From contig JAWAJB010000004.1 of the NCBI GenBank assembly GCA_038888155.1, positions 1 through 64,000 on the forward strand: a DNA stretch of 64,000 nt. Reading direction: 5' to 3'. Below, one piece after another: positions 50,500 to 60,214 of the stretch. A program made the translations under genes and the position numbers. The notes under the pieces were generated by a model. That model did no database searches and was not told the origin of the DNA. It was given only the letters and a program-made list of their open reading frames with translations. How positions within the stretch are numbered: position 1 is the first letter of the stretch; each line of letters opens with the position of its first letter. The DNA is from Desulfurococcaceae archaeon. Its GTDB lineage: Archaea > Thermoproteota > Thermoprotei_A > Sulfolobales > Desulfurococcaceae.

Positions 50500-51329
50500 A
50501 CATTAATACCTCTTTCGAGGAGAGAGCGAGAAATTTCAAGCCAAGTCTCTGGATCAACTGCAAATACCCTTTTGCCCTCTAATTTGCTCCACAGCGGCCC
50601 GAGATCGCTTGGATTAACCTTTAACAGGTCCACGAAAACCTTCGACAGCAACCTTTTACGCTGAGAGAAGGCCTTCTTTGTTATTCTCTCGAGCACCTCT
50701 ATTTCATGTGCATAGCTACGCCTTCGCAAAAGGACTACGACTCTATGATATACTCCAGGCTTCGGGAAAAAACTCCCAGGTGGATATGTGCCCCCAGCTT
50801 TGACATCAAATAAGACATTTACTAGTACAGTTATTTTCCCGTAGTTTTTACTGCCCGGTAGAGATAAAAGCCTGTCTGCAACTTCTCTCTGAAGAGTCAA
50901 TACTGCCTTATTTACGCAGTTTTCCCTGGAGATCTTTACAATTAAGTCAGATGTGATATGGTAAGGCGCATTGGATATAACTTCCTCGTGAAGGTATGGA
51001 AGGAACCTAGCGTCTCCGTTTACAATAACAAAAAACGGGCTATCTACAAGCCCGCTAATCGCTTCGCAGAGCCTCCAATCGATTTCAATGCACGTAAGGC
51101 TATGTGCCTTAAGGAGAACGGCCCTCGTGAGCGTGCCAATGCCGCAACCAATTTCGAGCACTTTGCCTGAGCCTGTGTAATTAATTAGCTCGCGTATAAG
51201 AAGTGGATCTACAATGAAGTTCTGGCTAAGGCTTTTACGCGGGCGTAGCCCGTATTCCCTGAGAACTTTACGAGTCCACATCACCAGCTCGCTGCGCCCC
51301 AGCTCGAGGGGGTTAGATAAGCTCCCCAT
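50496..51329 (-). CDS. rsmA: 16S rRNA dimethyladenosine transferase KsgA/Dim1
   Basis: SLSQNFIVD, EIGCGIGTLT, SNAPYHIT and LQREVADRL. Confidence 0.93.
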   Translation of the reverse strand: MGSLSNPLELGRSELVMWTRKVLREYGLRPRKSLSQNFIVDPLLIRELINYTGSGKVLEIGCGIGTLTRAVLLKAHSLTCIEIDWRLCEAISGLVDSPFFVIVNGDARFLPYLHEEVISNAPYHITSDLIVKISRENCVNKAVLTLQREVADRLLSLPGSKNYGKITVLVNVLFDVKAGGTYPPGSFFPKPGVYHRVVVLLRRRSYAHEIEVLERITKKAFSQRKRLLSKVFVDLLKVNPSDLGPLWSKLEGKRVFAVDPETWLEISRSLLERGINV

Positions 51330-51957
51330 AAAGTCTCTCCAAGTATCCAAGGTAGAGGCTCTGCCTGTCGTGCGGCTTAATAAATAAGCAGTACTTTTCA
51401 TCTCCTGATATCTCCTTCAATATTCTGCCTGCAAGTGCCTTAATGGGGTCTATTCCCACTCGCTCCCTGATATCATTAAACCCCTTAAACTTGCCCTGCT
51501 TTCTAGCATCAAGAATGGCATTCATTGTCTTCTTGCCTACGTCCGGTAGTAGCTCGAGAGCGTGTAGCCTAATGTTTATGGGCTCGGCAAGATTGAAGAA
51601 CTCTACGAAGATCTGCTCGTTTTCAGTTATTATCCTGTTGATTGCCTCTAATAGATTTCCCCTAGCAACAGACGTTAATTCATTGTACGTAATTAAAATA
51701 ATCCTCTTGAGCTTGCTTGGATAGCTTAAATCGACTTTCTCAAGTACATCTATTTTTACGCCTATTAACGGCGTAGCCTCCAAGAGCGTAAAGTACCTAA
51801 CCCCGATGCCCTGAACGAATGGCTGGTTCCTGTGCTCATAGTGTATATCTGAGGGATTGCCCATCTCCAAGTAGTCCAACACGTAGATGTGCGGCTCATG
51901 TCTAGAGCTAGGTCTATGTCGTGGCCTAGCAGCCTGTGGAGGTCTATACAAAATCAT
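51313..51957 (-). CDS. DUF655 putative nucleic-acid-binding protein
   Basis: VLDYL, FTLLE and FFN.AEPI..RLHALELLPDVGKK; conserved position after rpoF. Confidence 0.88.
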   Translation of the reverse strand: MILYRPPQAARPRHRPSSRHEPHIYVLDYLEMGNPSDIHYEHRNQPFVQGIGVRYFTLLEATPLIGVKIDVLEKVDLSYPSKLKRIILITYNELTSVARGNLLEAINRIITENEQIFVEFFNLAEPINIRLHALELLPDVGKKTMNAILDARKQGKFKGFNDIRERVGIDPIKALAGRILKEISGDEKYCLFIKPHDRQSLYLGYLERLYGELI

Positions 51958-51990
51958 TACCCCTCAAATTGTAAATTTATCAAAATATAG

Positions 51991-52374
51991 CTATTCTCTC
52001 TCTAGGCAATATTCCTTGGCAAGGTCAATTACTTTATCCAAGACAGCTGGTTCTGGGGTTTTTTCCTCGAGTATAAGGAGGGGCCTCAGTTCATCAAGGT
52101 TCTTGGGACATATATTCATTATCATTACAACTGTTCCTTCCTTTAAGCCCAACTCGTTTAGTTTTTCCCGAAACTCGTTGGTCTTTTCAGCTGGAAGCTT
52201 GGAGAACTTGCTCAAGTACTCTAACACTCGGGACGATAAAAGCGACGTTGTGCCTGTTTCTCTTCTAAGCCTCTCGCTGTATTCTCTTAGGTAATTTAGA
52301 GCCTCAGTATTAGAGAGAAGCTTGACGCTCTCCGCTTTAATTCTGAGAGGAGTACTCAAAGATTTCCACCGCAA
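51991..52374 (-). CDS. rpoF: RNA polymerase subunit F (Rpo4)
   Basis: LEYLSKFSK and NICPKNLDELR; located between rpl21e and DUF655. Confidence 0.9.
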   Translation of the reverse strand: MRWKSLSTPLRIKAESVKLLSNTEALNYLREYSERLRRETGTTSLLSSRVLEYLSKFSKLPAEKTNEFREKLNELGLKEGTVVMIMNICPKNLDELRPLLILEEKTPEPAVLDKVIDLAKEYCLERE

Positions 52375-52379
52375 GTTAA

Positions 52380-52736
52380 TTAAATGCCACTTAATCCGCT
52401 ACTCTCGCTATAGAGAGAAGAGGTCTGAGGTAGAGCAGGTCTAATGTGCTCAGGCCTCACAAAAAGTAGCTTTTCCTTCTTGCCTACAGCTACTTTTATA
52501 ATGTAGCACTTACCCCTCTTGCCCACAACTTCGCCTGTTTTACCGTAATACCTCCTATGGGGGACACCGCTGTGAACAGAAGGGTCCACTATTATGTGAA
52601 CTTTGTCCCCCACGTTATATTCAACCATTAAGAGGCTCAGCTTAGGCACTGCTCCTTTTTCCCTAACGGGTTTCTTGAGTAAATTCCTGGTCCTGCTCTT
52701 AAACCCTTTTGGGGCTTTAACCAAAATAACCACCAA
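52380..52736 (-). CDS. rpl21e: 50S ribosomal protein L21e
   Basis: KGFKSRTR, GDKVHI, PHRRYYGKTG and VRPEHI. Confidence 0.96.
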   Translation of the reverse strand: MVVILVKAPKGFKSRTRNLLKKPVREKGAVPKLSLLMVEYNVGDKVHIIVDPSVHSGVPHRRYYGKTGEVVGKRGKCYIIKVAVGKKEKLLFVRPEHIRPALPQTSSLYSESSGLSGI

Positions 52737-52803
52737 GAGTAAGCGTCTAGTACCATGTAGTTATGAAGGGTCTTTTATTTTTTATCTATTTCAAGGCTAG
52801 CCT

Positions 52804-54150
52804 CTACTTCTCCACGTTTAGAACATCTAGCTCAACTGGAACAAGCTTTTTCTCGAGAACGCCTGCAAAGCACGGCGCAGTTCTACCGCTATCGCAGTGA
52901 ACTAGCTCCTTAATGTATAATCCACCATCAGATTGGACGATGGCCTCGAAAACCCTGTTAGATAAAAGGAATGCCCTAACTTTGTATACTCTTCGTAAGC
53001 GCTCCTTATCTTTCTTTCGACGAAGGATTCTAGTGGGCGTTCTCTGGCTCACCTCCACGTTATCAAAGGTCTTTTCCAACAGCATTAAATCCTGAGGTGT
53101 AATATTGCTCGAAGAGTAAACGCACACTCTATAAACCTTCTTCCTTCCTCTAGAGTACTCCTTTAGAAAGGCAACGTCCCTCCTTGTTGCAAGAGAAGTT
53201 ATCTCTACCTTGACTGGGTAGCTCAACAGCGATTTAGCTACGTGTTCATTTATAGTTTCGATCCCAACGTCCCTCCTCTTGGGCGATTTTATCTCTATAA
53301 CTAATGGTCTCCCAGTGCCGATCATGCGCGCATCTACGTCCTCTCGCCCTGCAGCGTGTATAACTACTCCTCGGCATTTGAAGACATCCCTTAAGGAAGC
53401 TTCGACAGCTTCCTGAACGCTCCAGGGGTACTTTTTCCCACCCGCTTTTTCAATCCAAGGTACGTGGGAAATTCTCCTAGCGAGCTTCCAGTAAACCCCC
53501 TTTAAGAAAATGGGGCTTATTTGTACTTTTATTGAGTGGTTTAAATCCCCATCGAGGTAGACCATCACTAAGGCCTCTGGGTCAGAGAAATCTGGCTTCA
53601 CGTTGCAGAGATTGCTTACAGCTTTACCTACCTCTCTCTTGATCTCCCTCTTAATAGACTCAGCGCTACTAGTGCCGTATTTCGACACTAGCTCTAATTC
53701 TCTCTCTAGTATGCTCTTATCAACAACTACGCCTATGAGAAAAGAGCTAACTTTTTGCCCTTTAAGCTCTTCGCACACATTCTTTGTAATTGCATCGATA
53801 AATGCGCTATTCAGGGAATTCCCGCATATAAAGCACTTGTTTACAGCTACTTCAACTCCAGAGGTCTTTCTAAACATAAGCTCTAAGGCTTCTCCTCCGT
53901 TAACAGCGATCCTCTTTAGGTAATCTTCGCCTATCATCCCCTTTGAGCGATCGAAGTACAGCTTCATGGCGAGAAGAGTCTTCAGCATTGATCCCCGCGC
54001 ATAATTACTTAGACCAATGCCGCACTTTGCGAATAGCCTACCGAAGCACGTATTACACAGTGGATACTCTGATAGAATTCGCTCAGACTTTTCAATTAAG
54101 TCCTTGAGTATGTTTACAAAGTCCTCTTCGCTCAACTGGAGATCTCCCAA
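52804..54150 (-). CDS. pus10: tRNA pseudouridine 54/55 synthase Pus10
   Basis: LCNTCFGRLF, HAAGREDVDARM and GGLYIKEL. Confidence 0.95.
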   Translation of the reverse strand: MGDLQLSEEDFVNILKDLIEKSERILSEYPLCNTCFGRLFAKCGIGLSNYARGSMLKTLLAMKLYFDRSKGMIGEDYLKRIAVNGGEALELMFRKTSGVEVAVNKCFICGNSLNSAFIDAITKNVCEELKGQKVSSFLIGVVVDKSILERELELVSKYGTSSAESIKREIKREVGKAVSNLCNVKPDFSDPEALVMVYLDGDLNHSIKVQISPIFLKGVYWKLARRISHVPWIEKAGGKKYPWSVQEAVEASLRDVFKCRGVVIHAAGREDVDARMIGTGRPLVIEIKSPKRRDVGIETINEHVAKSLLSYPVKVEITSLATRRDVAFLKEYSRGRKKVYRVCVYSSSNITPQDLMLLEKTFDNVEVSQRTPTRILRRKKDKERLRRVYKVRAFLLSNRVFEAIVQSDGGLYIKELVHCDSGRTAPCFAGVLEKKLVPVELDVLNVEK

Positions 54151-55491
54151 CTAAACGTTAGATTCCATCAATTCAGGAGGGATATTTGCACCAAGCTTCT
54201 TCAGGACATCTTTTCTCCTAAGCGTCTTAAGCAGCTTCTTCATGGCCTCGTATTGCTTGATCAACTCCTTTACATCTTCTACGTTTACACCAGCGCCCGA
54301 AGCTATTCTCTTCATCCTAGATCTATCTATGATTTCGGGCTCATCTAGCTCTTCGTAAGTCATTGAATTTATGATCGCAATCCATTTATTTAATTTCTTT
54401 TCAAGCTCCTTGGGATCAACCTCGAGGGGCAACTTGAGGTCGAATCCTGGGATCATTTGAAGAACTTTCTTTAGGGGGCCGAGCTTTCTGAGGCTTATGA
54501 GCTGCTTGTATATTATCCTCATGTTAACTGTTCCCTCGATTGCCCTTTTAACATCTTCCTCGGTGATCTCGATTTGTGCTCGCTTCACCGACTCTACTAG
54601 AGAGGCTATATCCCCTAGCCCTAGAATTCTCGAAATAAACCTAGGGGGGTTAAATTCCTCAAAGTCCTCGATCTTCTCGCCTGTGCCTATGAACTTAATG
54701 GAAGCACTGGTTGCTACTACTGCTGATAGTGCCCCGCCTCCCTTCGCCGTACCGTCTAGCTTAGTTACTACAATGGAGCCTATAGGCGTAGTTTCGTGAA
54801 ATTTCTTCGCTATATTATATGCCTGTTGACCAATAGATGCATCCAAGACTAGCATTATTTCATCTGGCTTCACAGCACTGTATATTTGCTTCATCTCCTC
54901 GAGGAGGGCGTCCTCCTTGTGGTGCCTACCAGCTGTATCTATTATAACTATGTCAAATCCCTTGCTCACAAAGTACTCGAGCCCTCTCCCCGCAATAGAA
55001 ACAGAGTCTAGTTCCCCAGGCTCTCCGTAGACAGGCACGCCTATTTTGTCGCCTAGTTGACTGAGCTGATCAAAAGCTGCAGGTCTATAAGTGTCAGCTG
55101 CTATGAGCCCAACCCTATACCCCTCTAACTTGTAAAAATAGGCCAGTTTTGCTGCCGTGGTTGTCTTGCCGCTACCTTGGAGACCGACAAGCAATATAAC
55201 CCATGGCTTTCTCTGAGGTCTTATAGAGGGCTTGCTATCCCCGCCAAGCGCCTTTAATAGCTCCTCGTAAACTATTGTTATGAACCAATTCTTCCTAGAG
55301 ACCCCCAGAGGAGGCTTTTCGGATAAAGCTCTTTGCTTGATTTTAGATGTGATATCAGAGACAACTCTCAAATTTACGTCTGACTTAATTAACTCTTTCT
55401 GTAGATCCTTAATGAACTCGCCTACTGCCTCCTCGTATTTATCCTGTCCCAAGAACCTCTTTAAAGCGTCTCTAATTCCTTCAAAAACCAA
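54151..55491 (-). CDS. srp54: Signal recognition particle protein SRP54
   Basis: GLQGSGKTTT, DTAGRH, TKLDGTAKGGG and M-domain SMT..E...SR..RIA.GAG. Confidence 0.97.
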   Translation of the reverse strand: MVFEGIRDALKRFLGQDKYEEAVGEFIKDLQKELIKSDVNLRVVSDITSKIKQRALSEKPPLGVSRKNWFITIVYEELLKALGGDSKPSIRPQRKPWVILLVGLQGSGKTTTAAKLAYFYKLEGYRVGLIAADTYRPAAFDQLSQLGDKIGVPVYGEPGELDSVSIAGRGLEYFVSKGFDIVIIDTAGRHHKEDALLEEMKQIYSAVKPDEIMLVLDASIGQQAYNIAKKFHETTPIGSIVVTKLDGTAKGGGALSAVVATSASIKFIGTGEKIEDFEEFNPPRFISRILGLGDIASLVESVKRAQIEITEEDVKRAIEGTVNMRIIYKQLISLRKLGPLKKVLQMIPGFDLKLPLEVDPKELEKKLNKWIAIINSMTYEELDEPEIIDRSRMKRIASGAGVNVEDVKELIKQYEAMKKLLKTLRRKDVLKKLGANIPPELMESNV

Positions 55492-55592
55492 GAAGCATGC
55501 ACCATAAAACTGTTTACAGTTAAGGGATGTATTATTTGCCACCTAAAAACACTATATTTGCGAGAAATGGACATAGTGCGAAGAGACAAGAG

Positions 55593-55677
55593 TGCGGGGG
55601 GTGGGATTCGAACCCACGCAGGCCTACGCCATCGGGTTCTGAGCCCGACCCCTTTGACCTAGCTCGGGCACCCCCGC
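55593..55677 (-). tRNA. tRNA-Leu(CAG)
   Basis: Cloverleaf nearly identical to the Leu(CAA) gene; anticodon arm UCGGG-CUCAGAA-CCCGA. Confidence 0.95.
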
Positions 55678-55756
55678 CCAATAGGTTACTAGTCTTTTTC
55701 GTCTCCTTAAATTCTTGGCTGGAGGTAAAATAAATAATTAATCTCGCATTTATAGA

Positions 55757-56323
55757 TTGTGGTGTATCTTAATGTACATATCTATAGGCACAGATCAATA
55801 CTATGTACTACATCCGAGGCCAGTTTACTTAATTGTATCTAGGGGACGAGACGGAAAACTAAACGTTATGTCTGCAGCATGGGTTTCGCCTATATCAGAT
55901 GAACCACTCACGATTGCTACCTCGATATGGAAGGGCAGCCTAACATTCCAATACATTAATGAAACTAAGGAATTCACTGTTAATATACCTAGCGAAGAGC
56001 ATGTTAATGCTGTTTTCAAGGCTGGAACAATAACGGGCAAGGACGTGGACAAGCTAAGCCTACTTGGGCTGCGCACTTTTAAGTCAAAGCACATAGAGAC
56101 TCCAGGCCTAGAACAAATGCTAGGCTTCTTAGAGTGCAGGGTTTTAAATACGCTAGAATTTGGTGAGTCGGCAGTCTTTATGGCTGAGGTGCTAGAAGTG
56201 CACGTCGACGGCAAGCTATACACAAAGCATGGGTGGGACTTAAACAGGGCTAAAATACTGCTGCACAACGGGGGTAGGAGCTTCTCCATTCCATCTAAGC
56301 CAATCCTCCCAGAGAAACAATAG
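55757..56323 (+). CDS. Flavin reductase-like protein (flavoredoxin family)
   Basis: PRPVYLIVS, NVMSAAW, EFTVNIP and LECRV. Confidence 0.88.
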   Translation: MWCILMYISIGTDQYYVLHPRPVYLIVSRGRDGKLNVMSAAWVSPISDEPLTIATSIWKGSLTFQYINETKEFTVNIPSEEHVNAVFKAGTITGKDVDKLSLLGLRTFKSKHIETPGLEQMLGFLECRVLNTLEFGESAVFMAEVLEVHVDGKLYTKHGWDLNRAKILLHNGGRSFSIPSKPILPEKQ

Positions 56324-56369
56324 AGTAATGCTTTAAACCGGTCATGCAACTTTATACCTATGTGAGATA

Positions 56370-57053
56370 ATGGTGCGCGTAAAGACAAAACTCGTATCTT
56401 GGGAGGAAATAGTAGATTGGTCTATGAAACTAGGAGATATAATAAGCAAAGACAACTACAAGGTAGAACTTGTAGTCGCAGTTTCACGCGGCGGGTTCGT
56501 ACCGGCGAGGCTACTTTGCGATTTCCTAGGCATAGACAATCTGCTGAGCATTCAGAGCCAACACTGGACAGAGGCCGCAAAAGCAGCTGAGAGGGCGCTC
56601 ATTAAGTTCCCGTATTCAATTAACGCAGAGAAGCTTAGAGTGCTAGTAGTAGACGACATTGTAGACACCGGCGATACGCTAAAGTTAGCAAAAGAGTACA
56701 TTAAACAGGAATGGGGACCTGAAGACGTTAGGACAGCTGCGTTGCAGTGGATTAGCCCAGTAGCTAAGTTTAAACCCGACTACTACTACATTGAAGTAAA
56801 AGAGTGGGCTTGGTTCCAATATCCATGGACAAGGCTCGAGGATACTTACCAGTTTATCAAGAGAATGCTCACAGATACTTACAAAGAAACCGGCAAGCTA
56901 GAGTGGACGTATGAGGAAGTAGTTAATGCATTCAAGGATTGGTACGGCATAGATGTCGGCGAAATATACTATAAGCGTGCACTAGATGTACTTGTAGATA
57001 AAAACATAATCGAGTACAACTCTAAGTTAAAGCTATACAGACTCAAGGTGTAA
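56370..57053 (+). CDS. Purine phosphoribosyltransferase
   Basis: VSRGGFVPAR, PRPP loop VLVVDDIVDTGDT and W.QYPW. Confidence 0.9.
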   Translation: MVRVKTKLVSWEEIVDWSMKLGDIISKDNYKVELVVAVSRGGFVPARLLCDFLGIDNLLSIQSQHWTEAAKAAERALIKFPYSINAEKLRVLVVDDIVDTGDTLKLAKEYIKQEWGPEDVRTAALQWISPVAKFKPDYYYIEVKEWAWFQYPWTRLEDTYQFIKRMLTDTYKETGKLEWTYEEVVNAFKDWYGIDVGEIYYKRALDVLVDKNIIEYNSKLKLYRLKV

Positions 57054-57056
57054 ACA

Positions 57057-57878
57057 ATGCTCATTGAGCCGAAAACCCAAGTAGAAATAGGCATTATTGG
57101 AGGTAGCGGCCTCTACGAATTGCCAGGAATAAGGGAAACAAAGGAGCTGAAAGTTTACACTCCCTACGGTATGCCAAGCGATAACATAGTAGTGGGCGAG
57201 CTTGAAGGGCGAAAGATAGCGTTTTTGGCTAGGCACGGAAGGGGTCATAAGTACCCTCCGCACAGAGTAAACTACAGGGCAAATATATGGGCCTTGAAGT
57301 CTCTGGGGGCTAAGTGGATTCTGTCTATTTCTGCAGTCGGGAGCCTAAGGGAGGACTACGCTCCAGGAGATTTCGTTATCCCTGATCAATTCATTGATAT
57401 GACAAAGGGAATAAGGCGTCACACTTTCTTCGAGGGTGGAGTAGTTGCGCATGTAAGCATGGCTGATCCATTCTGCGAACACTTGCGGAAAGTTGTCGCT
57501 GAGGTTGCTAAGGGGTTCACCGATATAAAGTTGCACAATAGAGGGACCTATGTGTGTATCGAGGGACCGCGCTTCAGCACTAGAGCTGAGAGCAGGGTCT
57601 GGAAGGAGGCATTCAAGGCCGATATTATAGGCATGACTCTAGTCCCAGAAATAAACCTCGCTTGCGAAGCAGAGATATGCTATGCAACAATAGCCATGGT
57701 AACGGACTATGATGTGTGGGCTGAAAAACCAGTGACAGCAGAGGAAGTAGTTAAAACCATGAACATGAATGTAAACAAGGTCAAGAAGCTAATACCCCGA
57801 ATTATTGAAGCACTACCAAGCAAGCCGGATGAAAAACTATGCAGTTGCTGCAAATGCTTAGAGACAGCTATACCCTAG
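57057..57878 (+). CDS. mtnP: 5'-methylthioadenosine phosphorylase
   Basis: [29 protein letters not shown] and VTDYD. Confidence 0.95.
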   Translation: MLIEPKTQVEIGIIGGSGLYELPGIRETKELKVYTPYGMPSDNIVVGELEGRKIAFLARHGRGHKYPPHRVNYRANIWALKSLGAKWILSISAVGSLREDYAPGDFVIPDQFIDMTKGIRRHTFFEGGVVAHVSMADPFCEHLRKVVAEVAKGFTDIKLHNRGTYVCIEGPRFSTRAESRVWKEAFKADIIGMTLVPEINLACEAEICYATIAMVTDYDVWAEKPVTAEEVVKTMNMNVNKVKKLIPRIIEALPSKPDEKLCSCCKCLETAIP

Positions 57879-58762
57879 AGAGCATTGTAAGCGAAGTCTC
57901 CGAAGTAGAAAAACAGGCCAGGGCTTTTAGTAACGAGATTTTTTATTTTTTAAATCAGGTCAGAGGGGAGCTGATTTTATACTCTTATACTGGTTACGGG
58001 CAACTGCCTGCAAGCATATTTTACTGGTTTTCAATTACAGCAAAGAGCCAAAAGCACCCAGTATTAGCAGATGTCGAGGACGCGGCAGTTTATATCGCTC
58101 CATATAGGGATGACGTGTCCGCGTTAATCTTGAGCACGGGCGAGTACTCTAAGCTAATAAGTGGGTTGCAGGCTTTCAGGACCTTGGGCGTGGAATATAG
58201 AGCGTTAGCGCCCGAAACGGCTGACGAGAGAATAAGTGCAATTATTAAGCATTACTCTATTCGCACAATACCGTATAAAGACAAAATCAAAGCAGCTCTA
58301 TTGATGACGCTGTTATCGTTCTTTGCTTCTTCGAGCATCTATAAAAATGCCTTGGCATCAAGGGGACAAAGGCTTCTAGGACACAGCTCTGAGGGGTTTT
58401 CGTGCACAATAGCGTCCTTTATTGAGAAATACTTTTCTACAGTAGAGTCACTGCTAAAGAGAGAAAGGGTTTTCCTTGCATCCAGCAAATTTTTAGAGCC
58501 CGCTTCACTTCTACTAACAAATTCAATTAGACGAGCAGGAGTACTAGCTGAGTACAGATCGCTTGAGGAAGCTGTGAGCTCAAATGGGGCAGTCTTGGGG
58601 ATTTTCTTAAGCACAGAGGAACGTGTGAGGAGGGAGTACGCTAGCTTGCTTGGTGATCGCCTAATAGAGCTACTATTTAACACAGATCCGCTTGAGGCGG
58701 GCGTATATATAGCGCTATTAGCTTATATTCTATCACGATTGATTGAAGAAGGGCGAAAGTAA
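57854..58762 (+). CDS. Hypothetical protein, possibly a degenerate SIS-fold
   Basis: Long coupled ORF with an alpha/beta pattern; no catalytic motif recognised. Confidence 0.55.
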   Translation: MLRDSYTLESIVSEVSEVEKQARAFSNEIFYFLNQVRGELILYSYTGYGQLPASIFYWFSITAKSQKHPVLADVEDAAVYIAPYRDDVSALILSTGEYSKLISGLQAFRTLGVEYRALAPETADERISAIIKHYSIRTIPYKDKIKAALLMTLLSFFASSSIYKNALASRGQRLLGHSSEGFSCTIASFIEKYFSTVESLLKRERVFLASSKFLEPASLLLTNSIRRAGVLAEYRSLEEAVSSNGAVLGIFLSTEERVRREYASLLGDRLIELLFNTDPLEAGVYIALLAYILSRLIEEGRK

Positions 58763-58801
58763 AGCCCCGCTTCATGAGTGCAGCTTTGCGGTGCTTATGT
58801 C

Positions 58802-59131
58802 ATGGGATTTTCAGGCAAGCTAATTGGGTTGCTAATGATTACGCTAATGTCCTCGGTAGCGGCAATTACGTACTTAGGAGCCACTCTCCTAAGCATAGCC
58901 GGCTTGGCAGTGTATGCTATCTGCATTTTGCTTCTCGCTATCTATATCGATAGATACTCGGATCTAAGGGACGCAACTAGCGCCTTTACGTTGGCTGCTA
59001 CAGTGACGGCATTGGGCGCAGTTATAGGGTCTATTCTAGCATTTAGAGCTTACTCTACACTAATAGCTATTGGCGTAGTAGTAACATCTATAATATACAC
59101 GCTTTTCGCCATGCGGGTGAGCCCTAGGTGA
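58802..59131 (+). CDS. Small 4-TM membrane protein
   Basis: Hydrophobic; GTGA overlap with the downstream gene. Confidence 0.65.
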   Translation: MGFSGKLIGLLMITLMSSVAAITYLGATLLSIAGLAVYAICILLLAIYIDRYSDLRDATSAFTLAATVTALGAVIGSILAFRAYSTLIAIGVVVTSIIYTLFAMRVSPR

Positions 59132-60015
59132 AAATAGCTGTAATAGAGTACAGAAAGACGCCGCCAACTACTGCTCAGGAACTCATTGAGGCGATATCTA
59201 GGAAAGGTCAAATTCCAATATACTTAAAAGCTCACATGCTGGATGCTCTTATAACTCGTGACGGCGTTAAAGTATATCACGGCACTAGCCCAGTTGATGT
59301 TGATGTGTCTCTACTCAGAAACATTGGGCTACACCTCAGCCTCGACACATTTATCAAGAGGCTTGGGGTGTTAGAGGCTCTAGCAAGTTCTGCTCCTATG
59401 ATCAACGATCCAACGGCGTCCCTCATCGCTAGGGACAAGTGGAGGTGCCTACTTAGACTTCACCTCAATAATCTCCCTGTGCCAGACACGCTTGTAACTG
59501 AGAACCCCTTCTCCGCGATGAGGTTTACTGAGGAAAGGAAAAGAGTAGTTTATAAGCCGCTCATGGGCAGCCTAGGTCTAGGCAGTGCACTAATCTCGAA
59601 CTCAGACTTGTCGTTTCATGTAACAAAGAGCCTAAAGAACATTGGGATACCGAGCTACTACCAAGTTTACCTTGAGAAGCCTGGATACGATTACAGAGTG
59701 TTTGTTGTAGGCAACAACGTTATTGGGGCCATGAAGAGGGTCAGCAGCTGTTGGAAAACCAATATTGCTCAGGGTGCGCAAGGTATTGCTGTGCGTGAAA
59801 GCGAAGAACCTGAGCTATTCCAGCTCGCACTGAAAGCTACTAAAGTACTAGGCCTAGATTACGCAGGCGTTGATATAGCGTACGATGCCAAGTCTTCTAA
59901 GTACTACATCCTAGAGGTCAACGCATTTCCTCACTGGGAAGGTTTAAGAAAGGCGACTGGAGTTAATCCCCCCGAGATAATAGTTGATTATTTGATCAAA
60001 AGAGCGAGAAAATGA
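59128..60015 (+). CDS. RimK/LysX-family ATP-grasp ligase
   Basis: ARDKW, KPLMGSLG.G, DYRVFVVG, WKTNIAQG, GVDI and EVN. Confidence 0.9.
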   Translation: MKIAVIEYRKTPPTTAQELIEAISRKGQIPIYLKAHMLDALITRDGVKVYHGTSPVDVDVSLLRNIGLHLSLDTFIKRLGVLEALASSAPMINDPTASLIARDKWRCLLRLHLNNLPVPDTLVTENPFSAMRFTEERKRVVYKPLMGSLGLGSALISNSDLSFHVTKSLKNIGIPSYYQVYLEKPGYDYRVFVVGNNVIGAMKRVSSCWKTNIAQGAQGIAVRESEEPELFQLALKATKVLGLDYAGVDIAYDAKSSKYYILEVNAFPHWEGLRKATGVNPPEIIVDYLIKRARK

Positions 60016-60104
60016 CTTTTAAATGAGCTCAAATTAAGCGCACGCTTAAATACCCCATAGTTCAATTATTACTCAAGATGCCGTTGAGCTAGAGGATACA
60101 ATAA

Positions 60105-60156
60105 AAGTGATGATTAGTAAACCGGCAGATCAGTGAAGAAGAGCTCTCATCTGATT
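60105..60156 (+). ncRNA. C/D box methylation-guide sRNA
   Basis: Box C GUGAUGA (60107), 12-nt guide, D' CAGA (60126), C' GUGAAGA (60133), 11-nt guide, box D CUGA (60151). Confidence 0.82.
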
Positions 60157-60214
60157 AATTAACCGTAGAGTAATTAGGTTCAAATTAGAGCCGTGCTGTA
60201 GAGCGGTAATATAG

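Noticed and set aside
59128-60015. RimK-like ligase as the pterin glutamylase for the methyl-transfer module
   Set aside because: It lies 25 kb away, and the family has many possible substrates; nothing in the sequence supports the link.
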